Origin: a virus
Virus genome (UHGV): UHGV-1372779
Length of the DNA: 64,000 nt
Reading direction: 5' to 3' (one strand)
The notes beneath the pieces were generated by a model that searched no databases, was not told the origin of the DNA, and was given only the letters and a program-made list of their open reading frames with translations. Of the stretch, positions 39,966-50,189 are shown one piece after another. Made by a program: the position numbers and the translations under genes. Each line of letters begins with the position of its first letter. Position 1 is the stretch's first letter.

Positions 39966-40470
39966 TGCTTATAAGTTTAGTAAGTTCTTCAATTTTCTTT
40001 TCCAAAGCTAAAAATCTACTATCATCTGGGATATTAGGAGATAAATTAGGTTCCTCACCTAGTAATTCTTTTTCAACTCTCTCACATTCTTCAAGGATTT
40101 TATTATATCTATCTAGAGATTTAAGTTGATTAGTAGCATCAGTTTTTCTGACTCTTATTTCTTGTAATACATCTTCTCTAGTTATACATATTGTCCTATT
40201 ATCAGCTCTAGCTATGGACATCTCTTTAGTTACTGTGAAAGGAAATTGAACTCCATTGAATAATGCTGTGATTGTAATACTCTGAGGAGGTTGTTGGTTA
40301 CCCAATCCGGCCTTCTGCATGAGTTGATACATATTATTCATGTTATCCTTAGGTGGTTCATTAATTACAGAGGATTGTACTAATCCTTTTATATATGTTA
40401 GATCCTTCTTAAATTGATTATAATCAATTAAATATAAAGTATCACCTGGTTTTAATTCTCCAAAATTCAT
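39901..40470 (-). CDS. Hypothetical protein (189 aa).
   Basis: ORF track. Confidence 0.45.
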   Translation of the reverse strand: MNFGELKPGDTLYLIDYNQFKKDLTYIKGLVQSSVINEPPKDNMNNMYQLMQKAGLGNQQPPQSITITALFNGVQFPFTVTKEMSIARADNRTICITREDVLQEIRVRKTDATNQLKSLDRYNKILEECERVEKELLGEEPNLSPNIPDDSRFLALEKKIEELTKLISNGKNQETVRGNGSEQKTLPQT

Positions 40471-40498
40471 ATGACATAGATTTTTAAATTGTTAATAA

Positions 40499-40924
40499 TT
40501 AAGCTGCGGGTGCTGCTGCTACATTAAATTCTAATGTAACATTTCTTACAAATTTATTAAATGCTCCGTCTGGACATCCACCGCAGGTGTTTATAAATGT
40601 TTCATCTCCTAAAACTGTAGTTTCATCTATTGTTGGCAATGTACCTACTGCTGGAGGATTAGTTAATCTTAATGGAATAGAAATTGTGTAGTTCTTTACA
40701 GTGGTCTTAAGATTACATTCTGTAACAGGTCTATAGGTCATCGTGTGCACTAGCGTATAATTTACTAGGAATGTATCTGAAGTTCCTTGTCTGATTATAT
40801 TCTTTTCCACTACATTAATTAAACTAGAGAATCCTTCTCTTGCTACATTAACTGGGAATCTTTCTACAACTTGTAGATAGGTAACTCCTGTGTCTACAAA
40901 ACCTTTATTATTTATTACACTCAT
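40499..40924 (-). CDS. Hypothetical protein (141 aa).
   Basis: ORF track. Confidence 0.45.
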   Translation of the reverse strand: MSVINNKGFVDTGVTYLQVVERFPVNVAREGFSSLINVVEKNIIRQGTSDTFLVNYTLVHTMTYRPVTECNLKTTVKNYTISIPLRLTNPPAVGTLPTIDETTVLGDETFINTCGGCPDGAFNKFVRNVTLEFNVAAAPAA

Positions 40925-40979
40925 AACTTATTAATTTAAAGAAAGGGAGATTTCTCTCCCTTAGTTATTATTAATTAAA

Positions 40980-41915
40980 TTAGGCAGGCGTTACAGTTGT
41001 TGAAGCAGCTGCACATCCGCATCCACATCCAGTTTGAGGAGCTATATAAGCTGGAACTGGTCTAGGTGGGATTATACACTCTAAATAAGATAATTTAGTG
41101 TTTATAGGATTGATAAGAGCTTGCAATGCATTGTATTGTTGTAATGTTTGAACATTATTATTTAACTCAGCATTTCTTAATTGTAAGCTTTCGATCTTAT
41201 AATCACATAACATATCTTTCAAGTTTTGGAATCCTTGATTGATAGCAATAGTTTGCTGATCTATCTTAGCTCCTACATTAGCAAACCCAACATTCATATT
41301 ATTATTAATGTTGCAAGTTTGTTCTTGACATCTTAATTGTTCTTGATAACCTAAGCTAGTTAAGTTTAGATTTACAGCATCAATTGATCTTTGAGTTGTG
41401 CAGCAGCATTGGTTAATAGCATTTTCTATACTACATCCTGTAGATTGTACAGTTGTTAAGATTGCACTATTAGATTGGCAGATTTGATTGATTATATCTT
41501 TCTGTCCTAATCCCACTGTTTGAGCAACTTGGTTGATTGCATTTTGAATTGCATTAGTGTCACAATTTAATTGTGTAGCTAAATTCTGTACGAAATTAGC
41601 ATTATCTTTAGAAGCTGTTTGGATAGCTGTTAGTAAGTACTCATTAGATAAAGCTGATTGAACTTCTGGTGTTGATAGAACTCCTCCAAGTCCTCCACCT
41701 CTGTTTCCAAATCCACCCCATCCGCCGTTACAGAAAGCTAAGATGAAGATTAACCAAACTGCCCATTGTCCTCCCCAACCATTATCGTTGTTGTTATTAC
41801 CATCTCTTGTAAGAGCTAGTAACCCAGGAAGATCATTCATTCCACTTGATTTACTCTCAGGAATAAAATTAAAAATGTTAGGCATTCCTTCCATGCCTGC
41901 ACTATAATTTCCCAT
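40980..41915 (-). CDS. Membrane-anchored Gly-rich, Gln/Asn-rich coiled-coil protein with a Cys/Pro-rich C-terminus (type-II topology; spanin-like or virion-associated).
   Basis: TM segment WAVWLIFILAFC; GGWGGFGNRGGGLGG; C-terminal PPRPVP…GCGCGC. Confidence 0.4.
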   Translation of the reverse strand: MGNYSAGMEGMPNIFNFIPESKSSGMNDLPGLLALTRDGNNNNDNGWGGQWAVWLIFILAFCNGGWGGFGNRGGGLGGVLSTPEVQSALSNEYLLTAIQTASKDNANFVQNLATQLNCDTNAIQNAINQVAQTVGLGQKDIINQICQSNSAILTTVQSTGCSIENAINQCCCTTQRSIDAVNLNLTSLGYQEQLRCQEQTCNINNNMNVGFANVGAKIDQQTIAINQGFQNLKDMLCDYKIESLQLRNAELNNNVQTLQQYNALQALINPINTKLSYLECIIPPRPVPAYIAPQTGCGCGCAAASTTVTPA

Positions 41916-41940
41916 AATTTAAAATAATTTAAAATTAGAC

Positions 41941-41994
41941 ATAAAAAAACTATCTTCGCGCTATTGATCGTTTTCAATAGTACAAAGATAGTTC
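41941..41994 (-). terminator. Terminator-like hairpin (AACTATCTT…AAGATAGTT with an inner stem, then T7) after the DnaA-like gene.
   Basis: 9-bp outer stem followed by a T run on the minus strand. Confidence 0.4.
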
Positions 41995-42000
41995 ATTTTA

Positions 42001-42309
42001 TTAGGATTTTAAATTATTTTCTATCTGCAATTCACACATGCGATATTTTGTATAGAAGTCTTTATCTAAGCCTTTAAGTGATTCACATTTGTTTACTGAT
42101 CTAATGATTATACTATGATGTTTATCATAGTATCTTGATAATCTATAGAAGGAGATGTAGTACTTAACATGCAATATGTGGAATAATACACTCCTTGCAT
42201 CAGTATGAGATCTAAATTTTCTATTTCCTCTAAGATCTTCTAGAGTTATATTGAATACTTTACAGACTATTTCTTCTATTTTAGGAATAAGGTTCATATT
42301 CTCATTCAT
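42001..42309 (-). CDS. DnaA C-terminal (domain IV)-like helix-turn-helix DNA-binding protein.
   Basis: The pattern LEDLRGNRKFRSHTDARSVLFHILHVKYYISFYRLSRYYDKHHSIIIRSV resembles Bac_DnaA_C. Confidence 0.4.
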   Translation of the reverse strand: MNENMNLIPKIEEIVCKVFNITLEDLRGNRKFRSHTDARSVLFHILHVKYYISFYRLSRYYDKHHSIIIRSVNKCESLKGLDKDFYTKYRMCELQIENNLKS

Positions 42310-42330
42310 AATATTATAAGTTTAGATGAA

Positions 42331-42404
42331 TATTAAATTACTCCCTCAATGTCAAAAAGATTGTATTAAATTACTCCCTCAATGTCAAAAAGATTGTATT
42401 TAAT
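42331..42404. repeat. Tandem direct repeat of a 33-bp unit (TATTAAATTACTCCCTCAATGTCAAAAAGATTG), 2.2 copies, upstream of the DnaA-like gene.
   Basis: The copies at 42331-42363 and 42364-42396 are exact, followed by a partial third copy. Confidence 0.8.
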
Positions 42405-42444
42405 ATAGATTAATGTTATAATATATGATGAGATATGATATTAA

Positions 42445-45400
42445 TTATGCATCTGTTACTATATATATTGTAGTGCTTGACCTGGATGATGGAAGCTGTG
42501 ATTCTGTTCCTACCCAGATGTCATAACCATTCCATTTAGTGGCCGTAGTAGAGGTAGCTGCATTACCAGTAATTGATACTCCTAAAGTAGTAGAACATTG
42601 AGTAATGGTTCCTGCATTCATATAAACTGGAACTGTTGAGGAGCCTACTGTGGCTGAACAAGCTGTTGCAGTACCTGCACTTAGATAAATAGGTTTAGCT
42701 GTACCTCCTACTGTAGAAGAGCCTAATTTAGATGCAGTAGTTGCTGTTGTAGCATTTCCACTTAAAGCTCCTACAAATGTTTCTGCAGTAATTTTTACTC
42801 CTGAATTGGAACCTTGACCATTACAAAATTTATACTCAGTAATAGGATTAGTAGTATTTCCACTAACTCCTGATCTATAATTAATATATATACTAGTAGT
42901 ATTAGTATTGGCAAAGTTAAATTCATTTGAATTAACTATAAGATTATTACCACTTGCTTGTACAGCATAATTTTTATTATTTACCCACGATTGAGTGGCA
43001 TATCCAGAAAGAGAAGAACTAGTTAAGAATCCACTATTGTTGGTTAAATCACTTGTTCTAGTAGGAATTTCATCAGTTGTGGCTAATTTTTTTCTAACCC
43101 AAGTAGATTTATCAGTGCTATTTGGTCCTGACATTATGTAAGCACTAGGAGTTGCAGCTTTTACTACTCCAATAGCTGTTGCATAGGGCACATCACTCCA
43201 TGAATATGCATTCATTAATATCCAATCACAATATCCTCCTCCACTTGATTCAGCATTAGTATACATCATGTTACATTGTAATTTGTATGTGCCTATAGAA
43301 CCTGGAGCTATAACACCTCCAGAACCAGTATATCTACCAACAATATATTCATGAGTATGTGCAGAAGGAGTAAATGAGGAAGGTTTTCCTGTAATATCAT
43401 TCCATGATACTGACACAGACGCTGATCCTTTAGTAACTGTTAGGGTATGCCCACTTGCTGATATTCCTGTTACTACACTGCCACTTCCAGAAGTAGTTAT
43501 AGAGATAGATGGTATAGTAGGTATTTGATCTACTGTTGCAAGTGTTTTATTACCAAAAGTAACTTTATCTGTATAGACCTTAAGATTATTTACAGCAGAA
43601 TAACTTAAGTTTGTGCCAACACCTATATAAGCATAACTTGGAGTGTCTCCATTTCCATATCCACCAAATGTAACTCCAGATGTACTAGCTGAATTAGTAT
43701 TTCCAATCCAATAACCTCTAGCCCAACCCCCTGTTCCAGCATTAGCAGCTAAATACACTCCACTAGTAAATAATGGAGAAGATGATCCAGATTTATAATA
43801 ACCTTGACTAGTAACCCAGTTTTGAGTTGCAGGATTTGGGAGATTATAAGCATCCCACATTACATAATCTGTTCCACTAGAGCCATCTGTACTTCTATAG
43901 TGTAATATATCAGAAGCATTAGATAAAAGGAAAGTTCTCATCTTACTAGTATAATTACCTATCATTACATAACCAGCACCATCTGACTTATTTACATTAA
44001 TGGCATTATGATATGACCCATTGTGGGAATATTGTAATATGGCTTGCCCATCACACTGGAGTGATGTGGTTGCCCTAATAAATCCATTTGCTATGATATA
44101 CCCAGTTCTAAAATTATACCATCCTGGGGTACTATCCCACCATTCTAAATATTTAGCAGCTCCTGCTGAAGCTTGTGCAGCTTTAGATAAACTTACATTT
44201 ACATAATTTTCTCCTCCAACTGCAGTTATAACATTATCATCTGTAGTAAGGAGTTTTACATTAGAGCTAGGTGTTCCAAAATAAGCACCATCAGTTCCTA
44301 CAAATAAATATTTATTGCTTTCATAGTTATATATATAGCTTCCAATGCTAGACAAGAATCCAATAGCTGCCTTATCAGTTCCGTTTAATTTAACCTTAAT
44401 AAAAGATTCGTTTCCACCAGAACTTGTATTATTTATTATTAGTGAATTAGATGCTGCATTGATAATTAATTGTCCAGTTAATGTTCCTCCTGTTAGTGGT
44501 AAATAGCCAGCAGCTTTAGAATTTACATAATCTTCAGTAGCTAATACTGTCCAATTATTCCATTCTACAGAAGAATAAGTTTTAGTACTTCTATATCTTA
44601 ATTTACCATTATTTTCAGCAGTGTTAGTTTGATCAATCCATAATTGAGTGTTCCAATGCCCTGATCTGCTATTAATTTGTAATACACTTCCATAAGCACT
44701 AGGTTTGTTTTCTGCATCTGTACTAACTCTCCAAACTTTTAAAGATCCTTCAACCTCTTTATAAACACCACCTTCATTAGTCCAATCATTATTTGAGAAT
44801 GCAAGCCATCCTCCATTTAATCTAAGACTACCAGTCATAGTATCTCCACTCTTAAGAACATATCTACTATCTCCAACACTAGAGATATTAGACCATGTGG
44901 GAACACCACCAGTAGAAGTTAGCACTTGACCACTAGTTCCAGCAGCAGTTGGAGCATATATAGATGTAGTAGCTGCATTAGTTGCTGATAAGAAAGTCCA
45001 TTGAGAGCCATTAACTCCTAGATTTCTGTTATAAACAGTTGTTGGAGTTGCAGCAGTGCCTGAAGCATATAATAATGGAGAAGTGAGGTTAAAAGCATCC
45101 CATATTCTATATGAGGTCCCATTTCTTATATGAGAAATATCTGCAGCATCACTATATAAGAATGTATGCCCATCAGAATCTCCAATATAAGTTACATTAT
45201 CACTTCCCTTTCCAATTAATCTTTTTGAATTGCCACTAGAATCTTTAGATTGTATAGTGATATTATTACTCATTATAATGCTGCCAGTCATAGTGCCCCC
45301 AGCCAATGGAAGATAATTACCAGCCACAGAAGTTATCTTATTACTAACCCAATTAGTATCAGCTAAAAATTTCCAAGTACCAGAAGCTCCAGTAGAAGGA

Positions 45401-47667
45401 GTATATCTTCTATACGCCATTCCAGTGCCATCAATATCTCCCACAAGTTGGAAGGCAAAATCACCTTGCCAGAAGTAAGTTAAAGCAACTCCATCATTTA
45501 TTACCTGACTACTTATAGGATCAGTCCCTGGCCTATTTTCAGGATCATTTGCAAATGAGGAAATATGTAACACATCGTTTCCAGTCCTTGCTATAGTAAG
45601 ATTGGAGATTCTAAAATCACTTGTAAATCCTGTGTATGACTTAATAGCTCCTTTAGAATATATTCCATTATTAGGAACTTTTGTCTCATCACTATAATTA
45701 TTAGAAACAAGTAATGATCCTACATTCATTCCAATAGCAGCTCCTGTTGTTTTAGCAGATATTCTAGTTGTAGAAGCATCTAAGAATACATCATTTGTTC
45801 CAAAATAATATTTATTAGAATGATTATTGGCTATATAAGCATTAGCAAATGCCCAACTACTAGTTCCTAAATATCCATTACCTCCAGAAGCTAGATTACC
45901 ACTAACATTAGGTAAAAATCCACTCGTACAGGCTCTTAAATACCCTGGAGAAGTTCCATCCTGATTTATTATTTCTGGATAACCATTAGCATCATATTTA
46001 TATACTGCAATTCTATTATTTTCTATTGCCCAATAACTTCCATAATATCCCATATTAGAAAGTTTATTCCCATCTTGATCTACCGAAGATATAAGATTAT
46101 AATTATCTTCATCAGTAGATTTAAGATAAAGTTTAACATCATTTGGGCCAGCAATAATGATATAATTCTTAAATTCAGTATTCTCTAAATCTGCATGATA
46201 TAATACTTCTGAACCATCAGAAGCTCTGTTAAAAGTGATAGCTGTTACTGGGACAGTAAACTGTGCAACTGTATCTTTTAGAGATAATTTAGTAACATCA
46301 CTTCTTTTAAATAGAAAATCAGATACAGAAGATATTGTACTAGGAAGTAAAATATTTTTGTGGAAATAGAAACCAGTTTTATCTGTATCTAAATTAAGAT
46401 TAGTGTTTCCTGCACTTATAAATATTCCTCCTAATGAGTTAGAATACCTTAGTGTTTGATTTAAAGCATCTCCTGAAAATGAGTGACTTGTTAATTGAAG
46501 ATAAGAATTATTATCTGTAAAAGCTAACTTCCTATCAGAGGGAATTATATTAGTAGTTTTCAATCTTTTAGTAGAAGAATCCCAAGATGTAAACATTCCA
46601 TTTAACATATCAGCATCATCATCTCTAAGAGCTAGACACCATAAATCTCCTTCCTCTCCAGCTTTAAATCTCCTATCTGATTCATCAAATAATATTTGGA
46701 ATTTAGGTAACGTACCTCTATCAATTTCAATTCCTGCAAATCCTTTAGATACCCCTGCTGCAGTTTCTCCTCTATTTAAAAGAATTGTATTATCTCTCAC
46801 CTCAACTGTCTCAGCTTGAGTTATAAAACTCTCTCCTTTTTGAGTTACATTTCCTTCTATAATTATATCCCCTAACGTAACAGGAGCATAGGAGTTATCT
46901 TGATTATTTCTTACTTCTAACTTACCTCCACTGTTTTTGATAATAACTCCCCCATTTGGATCTAATCTAGTATCTATATCACTTTTCTGTAATTGCCAAG
47001 TTTGAGAAGTAGTCCCTGTATTAGATAATCCATCAGCATTGTCCATCCAGTGTTTCTTTTCTGGAGAAACTAATCCATTATTATCATCTGTAACAAGAGG
47101 AATGTTTAAATTAGTAGTAACAGATTCATCAGTATCTGGATTATATTTAGTAACAGTTAAAAATAATGATTCTGTTTCTGCATCAGATATAATCTTAGCA
47201 TCTGTTTGATAACCAGTTACATTATTTAATCTATTAACATAGAACTTAGAAAGTAATCCATTATATAATGTTCCATCACCTAAAACTGTAGCTTCTGGAA
47301 TACTATAATCTCTTAAGGAGGTTATATTAGTATTAGGATCATAACTATGTTCTCTATATAATAAGTTATTATCTTTATCATAGATAATCTCTGTATCTAC
47401 TAGATAATTTTTTATATTCTCTAATTTATCTTTTTCTTCTTTTTCAAATTTGGATAATATTACCCATTTATTTTCATCTTTATGATACACATATTCACTA
47501 TCTGTTTCTTTCACATATACCTTCATTCTATCATAGGCTATGTGTTTAGTTACAAGAGAATCTCTCTCTTCTATTGTTTCAGGATTTAACCTAGGATCTA
47601 ATGGAACCTCCGATTGTATTTTTAAACTATTTATAACCGGAGTCCCATTAGCATAAAAAAGATTCAT
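42445..47667 (-). CDS. Long tail-fibre protein (1740 aa).
   Basis: YLPLAGGTMTG and YLPLTGGTLTG fibre motifs, the ITGKPSSFTPSAHTHEY (HxH) motif, and C-terminal repeats (VGGTAKPIYLSAGTATAC / VGSSTVPVYMNAGTITQC). Confidence 0.7.
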   Translation of the reverse strand: MNLFYANGTPVINSLKIQSEVPLDPRLNPETIEERDSLVTKHIAYDRMKVYVKETDSEYVYHKDENKWVILSKFEKEEKDKLENIKNYLVDTEIIYDKDNNLLYREHSYDPNTNITSLRDYSIPEATVLGDGTLYNGLLSKFYVNRLNNVTGYQTDAKIISDAETESLFLTVTKYNPDTDESVTTNLNIPLVTDDNNGLVSPEKKHWMDNADGLSNTGTTSQTWQLQKSDIDTRLDPNGGVIIKNSGGKLEVRNNQDNSYAPVTLGDIIIEGNVTQKGESFITQAETVEVRDNTILLNRGETAAGVSKGFAGIEIDRGTLPKFQILFDESDRRFKAGEEGDLWCLALRDDDADMLNGMFTSWDSSTKRLKTTNIIPSDRKLAFTDNNSYLQLTSHSFSGDALNQTLRYSNSLGGIFISAGNTNLNLDTDKTGFYFHKNILLPSTISSVSDFLFKRSDVTKLSLKDTVAQFTVPVTAITFNRASDGSEVLYHADLENTEFKNYIIIAGPNDVKLYLKSTDEDNYNLISSVDQDGNKLSNMGYYGSYWAIENNRIAVYKYDANGYPEIINQDGTSPGYLRACTSGFLPNVSGNLASGGNGYLGTSSWAFANAYIANNHSNKYYFGTNDVFLDASTTRISAKTTGAAIGMNVGSLLVSNNYSDETKVPNNGIYSKGAIKSYTGFTSDFRISNLTIARTGNDVLHISSFANDPENRPGTDPISSQVINDGVALTYFWQGDFAFQLVGDIDGTGMAYRRYTPSTGASGTWKFLADTNWVSNKITSVAGNYLPLAGGTMTGSIIMSNNITIQSKDSSGNSKRLIGKGSDNVTYIGDSDGHTFLYSDAADISHIRNGTSYRIWDAFNLTSPLLYASGTAATPTTVYNRNLGVNGSQWTFLSATNAATTSIYAPTAAGTSGQVLTSTGGVPTWSNISSVGDSRYVLKSGDTMTGSLRLNGGWLAFSNNDWTNEGGVYKEVEGSLKVWRVSTDAENKPSAYGSVLQINSRSGHWNTQLWIDQTNTAENNGKLRYRSTKTYSSVEWNNWTVLATEDYVNSKAAGYLPLTGGTLTGQLIINAASNSLIINNTSSGGNESFIKVKLNGTDKAAIGFLSSIGSYIYNYESNKYLFVGTDGAYFGTPSSNVKLLTTDDNVITAVGGENYVNVSLSKAAQASAGAAKYLEWWDSTPGWYNFRTGYIIANGFIRATTSLQCDGQAILQYSHNGSYHNAINVNKSDGAGYVMIGNYTSKMRTFLLSNASDILHYRSTDGSSGTDYVMWDAYNLPNPATQNWVTSQGYYKSGSSSPLFTSGVYLAANAGTGGWARGYWIGNTNSASTSGVTFGGYGNGDTPSYAYIGVGTNLSYSAVNNLKVYTDKVTFGNKTLATVDQIPTIPSISITTSGSGSVVTGISASGHTLTVTKGSASVSVSWNDITGKPSSFTPSAHTHEYIVGRYTGSGGVIAPGSIGTYKLQCNMMYTNAESSGGGYCDWILMNAYSWSDVPYATAIGVVKAATPSAYIMSGPNSTDKSTWVRKKLATTDEIPTRTSDLTNNSGFLTSSSLSGYATQSWVNNKNYAVQASGNNLIVNSNEFNFANTNTTSIYINYRSGVSGNTTNPITEYKFCNGQGSNSGVKITAETFVGALSGNATTATTASKLGSSTVGGTAKPIYLSAGTATACSATVGSSTVPVYMNAGTITQCSTTLGVSITGNAATSTTATKWNGYDIWVGTESQLPSSRSSTTIYIVTDA

Positions 47668-49545
47668 TTACTTATTGTAATTAAAATTAATTGCAAAATT
47701 ATCAACAGTAGTTAAATTTGATGCATAGAATATATATGGAACTGATGTATTATCTGTGGTCAACGTAGCATAAATCTTTTTAAAGAATCCGTTGACATTT
47801 AACCCATTTTCATCCCTTATAATAGCTAAATCTCCATAATATTCTGGATAACCAAATACTAATCTCTGATAATCTGCAGTAAAATCTACTTGTTTATTGG
47901 ATTTTAACTCCACTATTTTCTCTAACCTATCGAAGTTTATATCTTCCTCATCTGCCATTACTCCATAGAAGTATGGGTAAATAAACTGGAACTTCTTTGT
48001 GAGTATTTCTACTTGTCCATTTTGCTTATCTGTAACTCTTACTCTAAAAAATATCTCACTTCTATTAGTTGTATCTAGTATTTTTGGAACATTAAAGTTA
48101 AACACTCCACCATCTTTTATATATAAATCATTAAATGTATAAAGAAGATTATAATTATCATCTAATATCTCTATCCTATCTATATCATAGGACTTTTTAG
48201 TTACTCCAATTTCCAGAATATTTAACTTAACCTCTGATTCTTTTTCAAATACCCCACCATTAGGATCAGTATAAGCAAAATTAATAATAGGTTTAAGATG
48301 AGGATATAAGATTTTATTAATTAAATCGTCATAAGGAGTATCTTCAAAAACTTCTCCTTTCTTAAATCCTCTAAAATCTTCTACTATTGGAGTTAAATTG
48401 GTAAATGTGCCTAGGCTTTCATATATTTCCTTATTAAATAATCCTGCTCTCCCGGTTTTAGGGTCATAAGATTCAATAAGAATATCAGTGCCATCATTAC
48501 CTTTTATATAATAATTATTCTGATCTCTAGTTACTTTAAATTTTTCATTAGTTAATAAAGCTCCATCATATCTAACCTCTGATATAGCCTGATTTACATA
48601 TGAAAAAGAAAACTTATCAATCATTCTCTTGTCAAATTTAGAGAATAATCCATTAGTATTCTTAGTAACTAAAGGAATAGTTATAGAATGTGTCTTAGTT
48701 TGTAGAGTATAAGGGTCTTTAGTTATGTAAAAATAAGTAAGACCATCTTCATTAGAGGTAAATTTAGAATCTATTTCAATAACTGATTCATAGAAACTTT
48801 CTAATAGTTCTTTATGTTCAGGAGTCATTAATCCATTTTGGGTTAATGTTACTTCTGGAAGTAAGAAAGTTTCTTCAGTAGTTTCATTATTCTTTACATT
48901 ATAATGAACTACCTTCATATATATGTTAGGAGATAGATTATCTTCAACTAAATCAGTGTCAGTTATATAGCCTCTAATTCTATCTAATTTAATCTTATCC
49001 TCAGAAGTCATTACTCCGGCCTTAGAATGTGTAGCAGGGGTTAATGTAATCCCATCTCCTTTAGAGTTTGAGATATTTATATAGGAATCAGTAAATTCTA
49101 TATCTAAATCTACATTAGAGACATTAGTTAGTTCTCCATTTTCTAATCTATATTTAGTCTTAGTTTTTAAATCATAGAACTCATATCCTTCTTCCAACTT
49201 AACACTAAAATATCTATTTAATTTATCACTCCATGAATAATAGTAATACTCAGAACCTTCTTTCCTTACTATATGAGTGTTTTCACTTATCTTTAATGGT
49301 AGTTCTTCAGATGTTATATATAGAACAGGATTCAAGTGGGATAAATCTTCTAAAGTTATCCCACTTTTAATTTTCACTTTCTTAACAACATCTGGGTTTT
49401 GTTTGACAAGTAATTCAAATGTATATTCATTATACTCAACATTTTTAATCCTAAAGTCTATATATTGAGGAACTGAACAATTTGGATTCTCCATACCATA
49501 TAGGTTATCACTGCAATTGCTGGAAAGTTGTGTTGTTAAGTCCAT
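47668..49545 (-). CDS. Virion structural protein (625 aa).
   Basis: ORF adjacent to and coupled with the fibre gene. Confidence 0.5.
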   Translation of the reverse strand: MDLTTQLSSNCSDNLYGMENPNCSVPQYIDFRIKNVEYNEYTFELLVKQNPDVVKKVKIKSGITLEDLSHLNPVLYITSEELPLKISENTHIVRKEGSEYYYYSWSDKLNRYFSVKLEEGYEFYDLKTKTKYRLENGELTNVSNVDLDIEFTDSYINISNSKGDGITLTPATHSKAGVMTSEDKIKLDRIRGYITDTDLVEDNLSPNIYMKVVHYNVKNNETTEETFLLPEVTLTQNGLMTPEHKELLESFYESVIEIDSKFTSNEDGLTYFYITKDPYTLQTKTHSITIPLVTKNTNGLFSKFDKRMIDKFSFSYVNQAISEVRYDGALLTNEKFKVTRDQNNYYIKGNDGTDILIESYDPKTGRAGLFNKEIYESLGTFTNLTPIVEDFRGFKKGEVFEDTPYDDLINKILYPHLKPIINFAYTDPNGGVFEKESEVKLNILEIGVTKKSYDIDRIEILDDNYNLLYTFNDLYIKDGGVFNFNVPKILDTTNRSEIFFRVRVTDKQNGQVEILTKKFQFIYPYFYGVMADEEDINFDRLEKIVELKSNKQVDFTADYQRLVFGYPEYYGDLAIIRDENGLNVNGFFKKIYATLTTDNTSVPYIFYASNLTTVDNFAINFNYNK

Positions 49546-49735
49546 TATTTAAGAAATATTCTAGTATTGAGTTAAAATAAGAATCTTTTATACAGTCTGT
49601 ATCTAATAATTTCATGAATTGAAGTTCTTCAAATAGGAAGGAATAATCAATTGGGTATCTTCCATATTCAAAGTCTTCTAATATTTCATTAAATTCTTCT
49701 AATGCTTTTTCTAGTAATCTGTCCAATTTGCTCAT
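49508..49735 (-). CDS. Small hypothetical protein (75 aa).
   Basis: ORF track. Confidence 0.35.
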   Translation of the reverse strand: MSKLDRLLEKALEEFNEILEDFEYGRYPIDYSFLFEELQFMKLLDTDCIKDSYFNSILEYFLNNGLNNTTFQQLQ

Positions 49736-49736
49736 A

Positions 49737-50189
49737 TTATTCTATAGTTATTGAACTAACATTAAAACGGTAATTCCAATATTGATCCTGAGAATTTCTT
49801 ATAGATGCTCTCCAATATTCTCCTACTGGTATATCCTTGTCTGTATAATAATCCCAATGTTCTGATGTGTCAGTTGTGAAGATATTGATTATATAATCCT
49901 CTCCAGAATTATTCTTAATATCTATTACTAGATCAGAGAATCTTGGAAGATTAAGATCATTTGGAGTTATTCTAAATACTACATTATTATTTTCATCTCT
50001 ATATTGAGATAGTGAAAATGTATATACTTGAAGACGATATTGATAGAAAGTATCCTCATAAGCTAAGTGAAATGTAGAATCTACTCTTCCAATAATATTA
50101 TCATCTTTATAAATTAATCCTAAGTATATTGGAACTGGCTTACCATCTTTGAATACATAAATACTCTCAGCCTTCATTATATTACTCAT
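49737..50189 (-). CDS. Hypothetical protein (150 aa).
   Basis: ORF track. Confidence 0.45.
   Translation of the reverse strand: MSNIMKAESIYVFKDGKPVPIYLGLIYKDDNIIGRVDSTFHLAYEDTFYQYRLQVYTFSLSQYRDENNNVVFRITPNDLNLPRFSDLVIDIKNNSGEDYIINIFTTDTSEHWDYYTDKDIPVGEYWRASIRNSQDQYWNYRFNVSSITIE

Noticed and set aside
42331-42404. CRISPR array
   Set aside because: There are only 2.2 directly abutting copies of a 33-bp unit with no spacers, so it is a simple tandem repeat.
42331-42404. Sigma-70-like promoter (TTGACA-N17-TACAAT) formed across the tandem-repeat junction
   Set aside because: Other promoters in the window follow the Bacteroidetes TTTG/TAnnTTTG pattern, so the sigma-70 resemblance may be coincidental. 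It is mentioned under the repeat finding rather than called as a feature.
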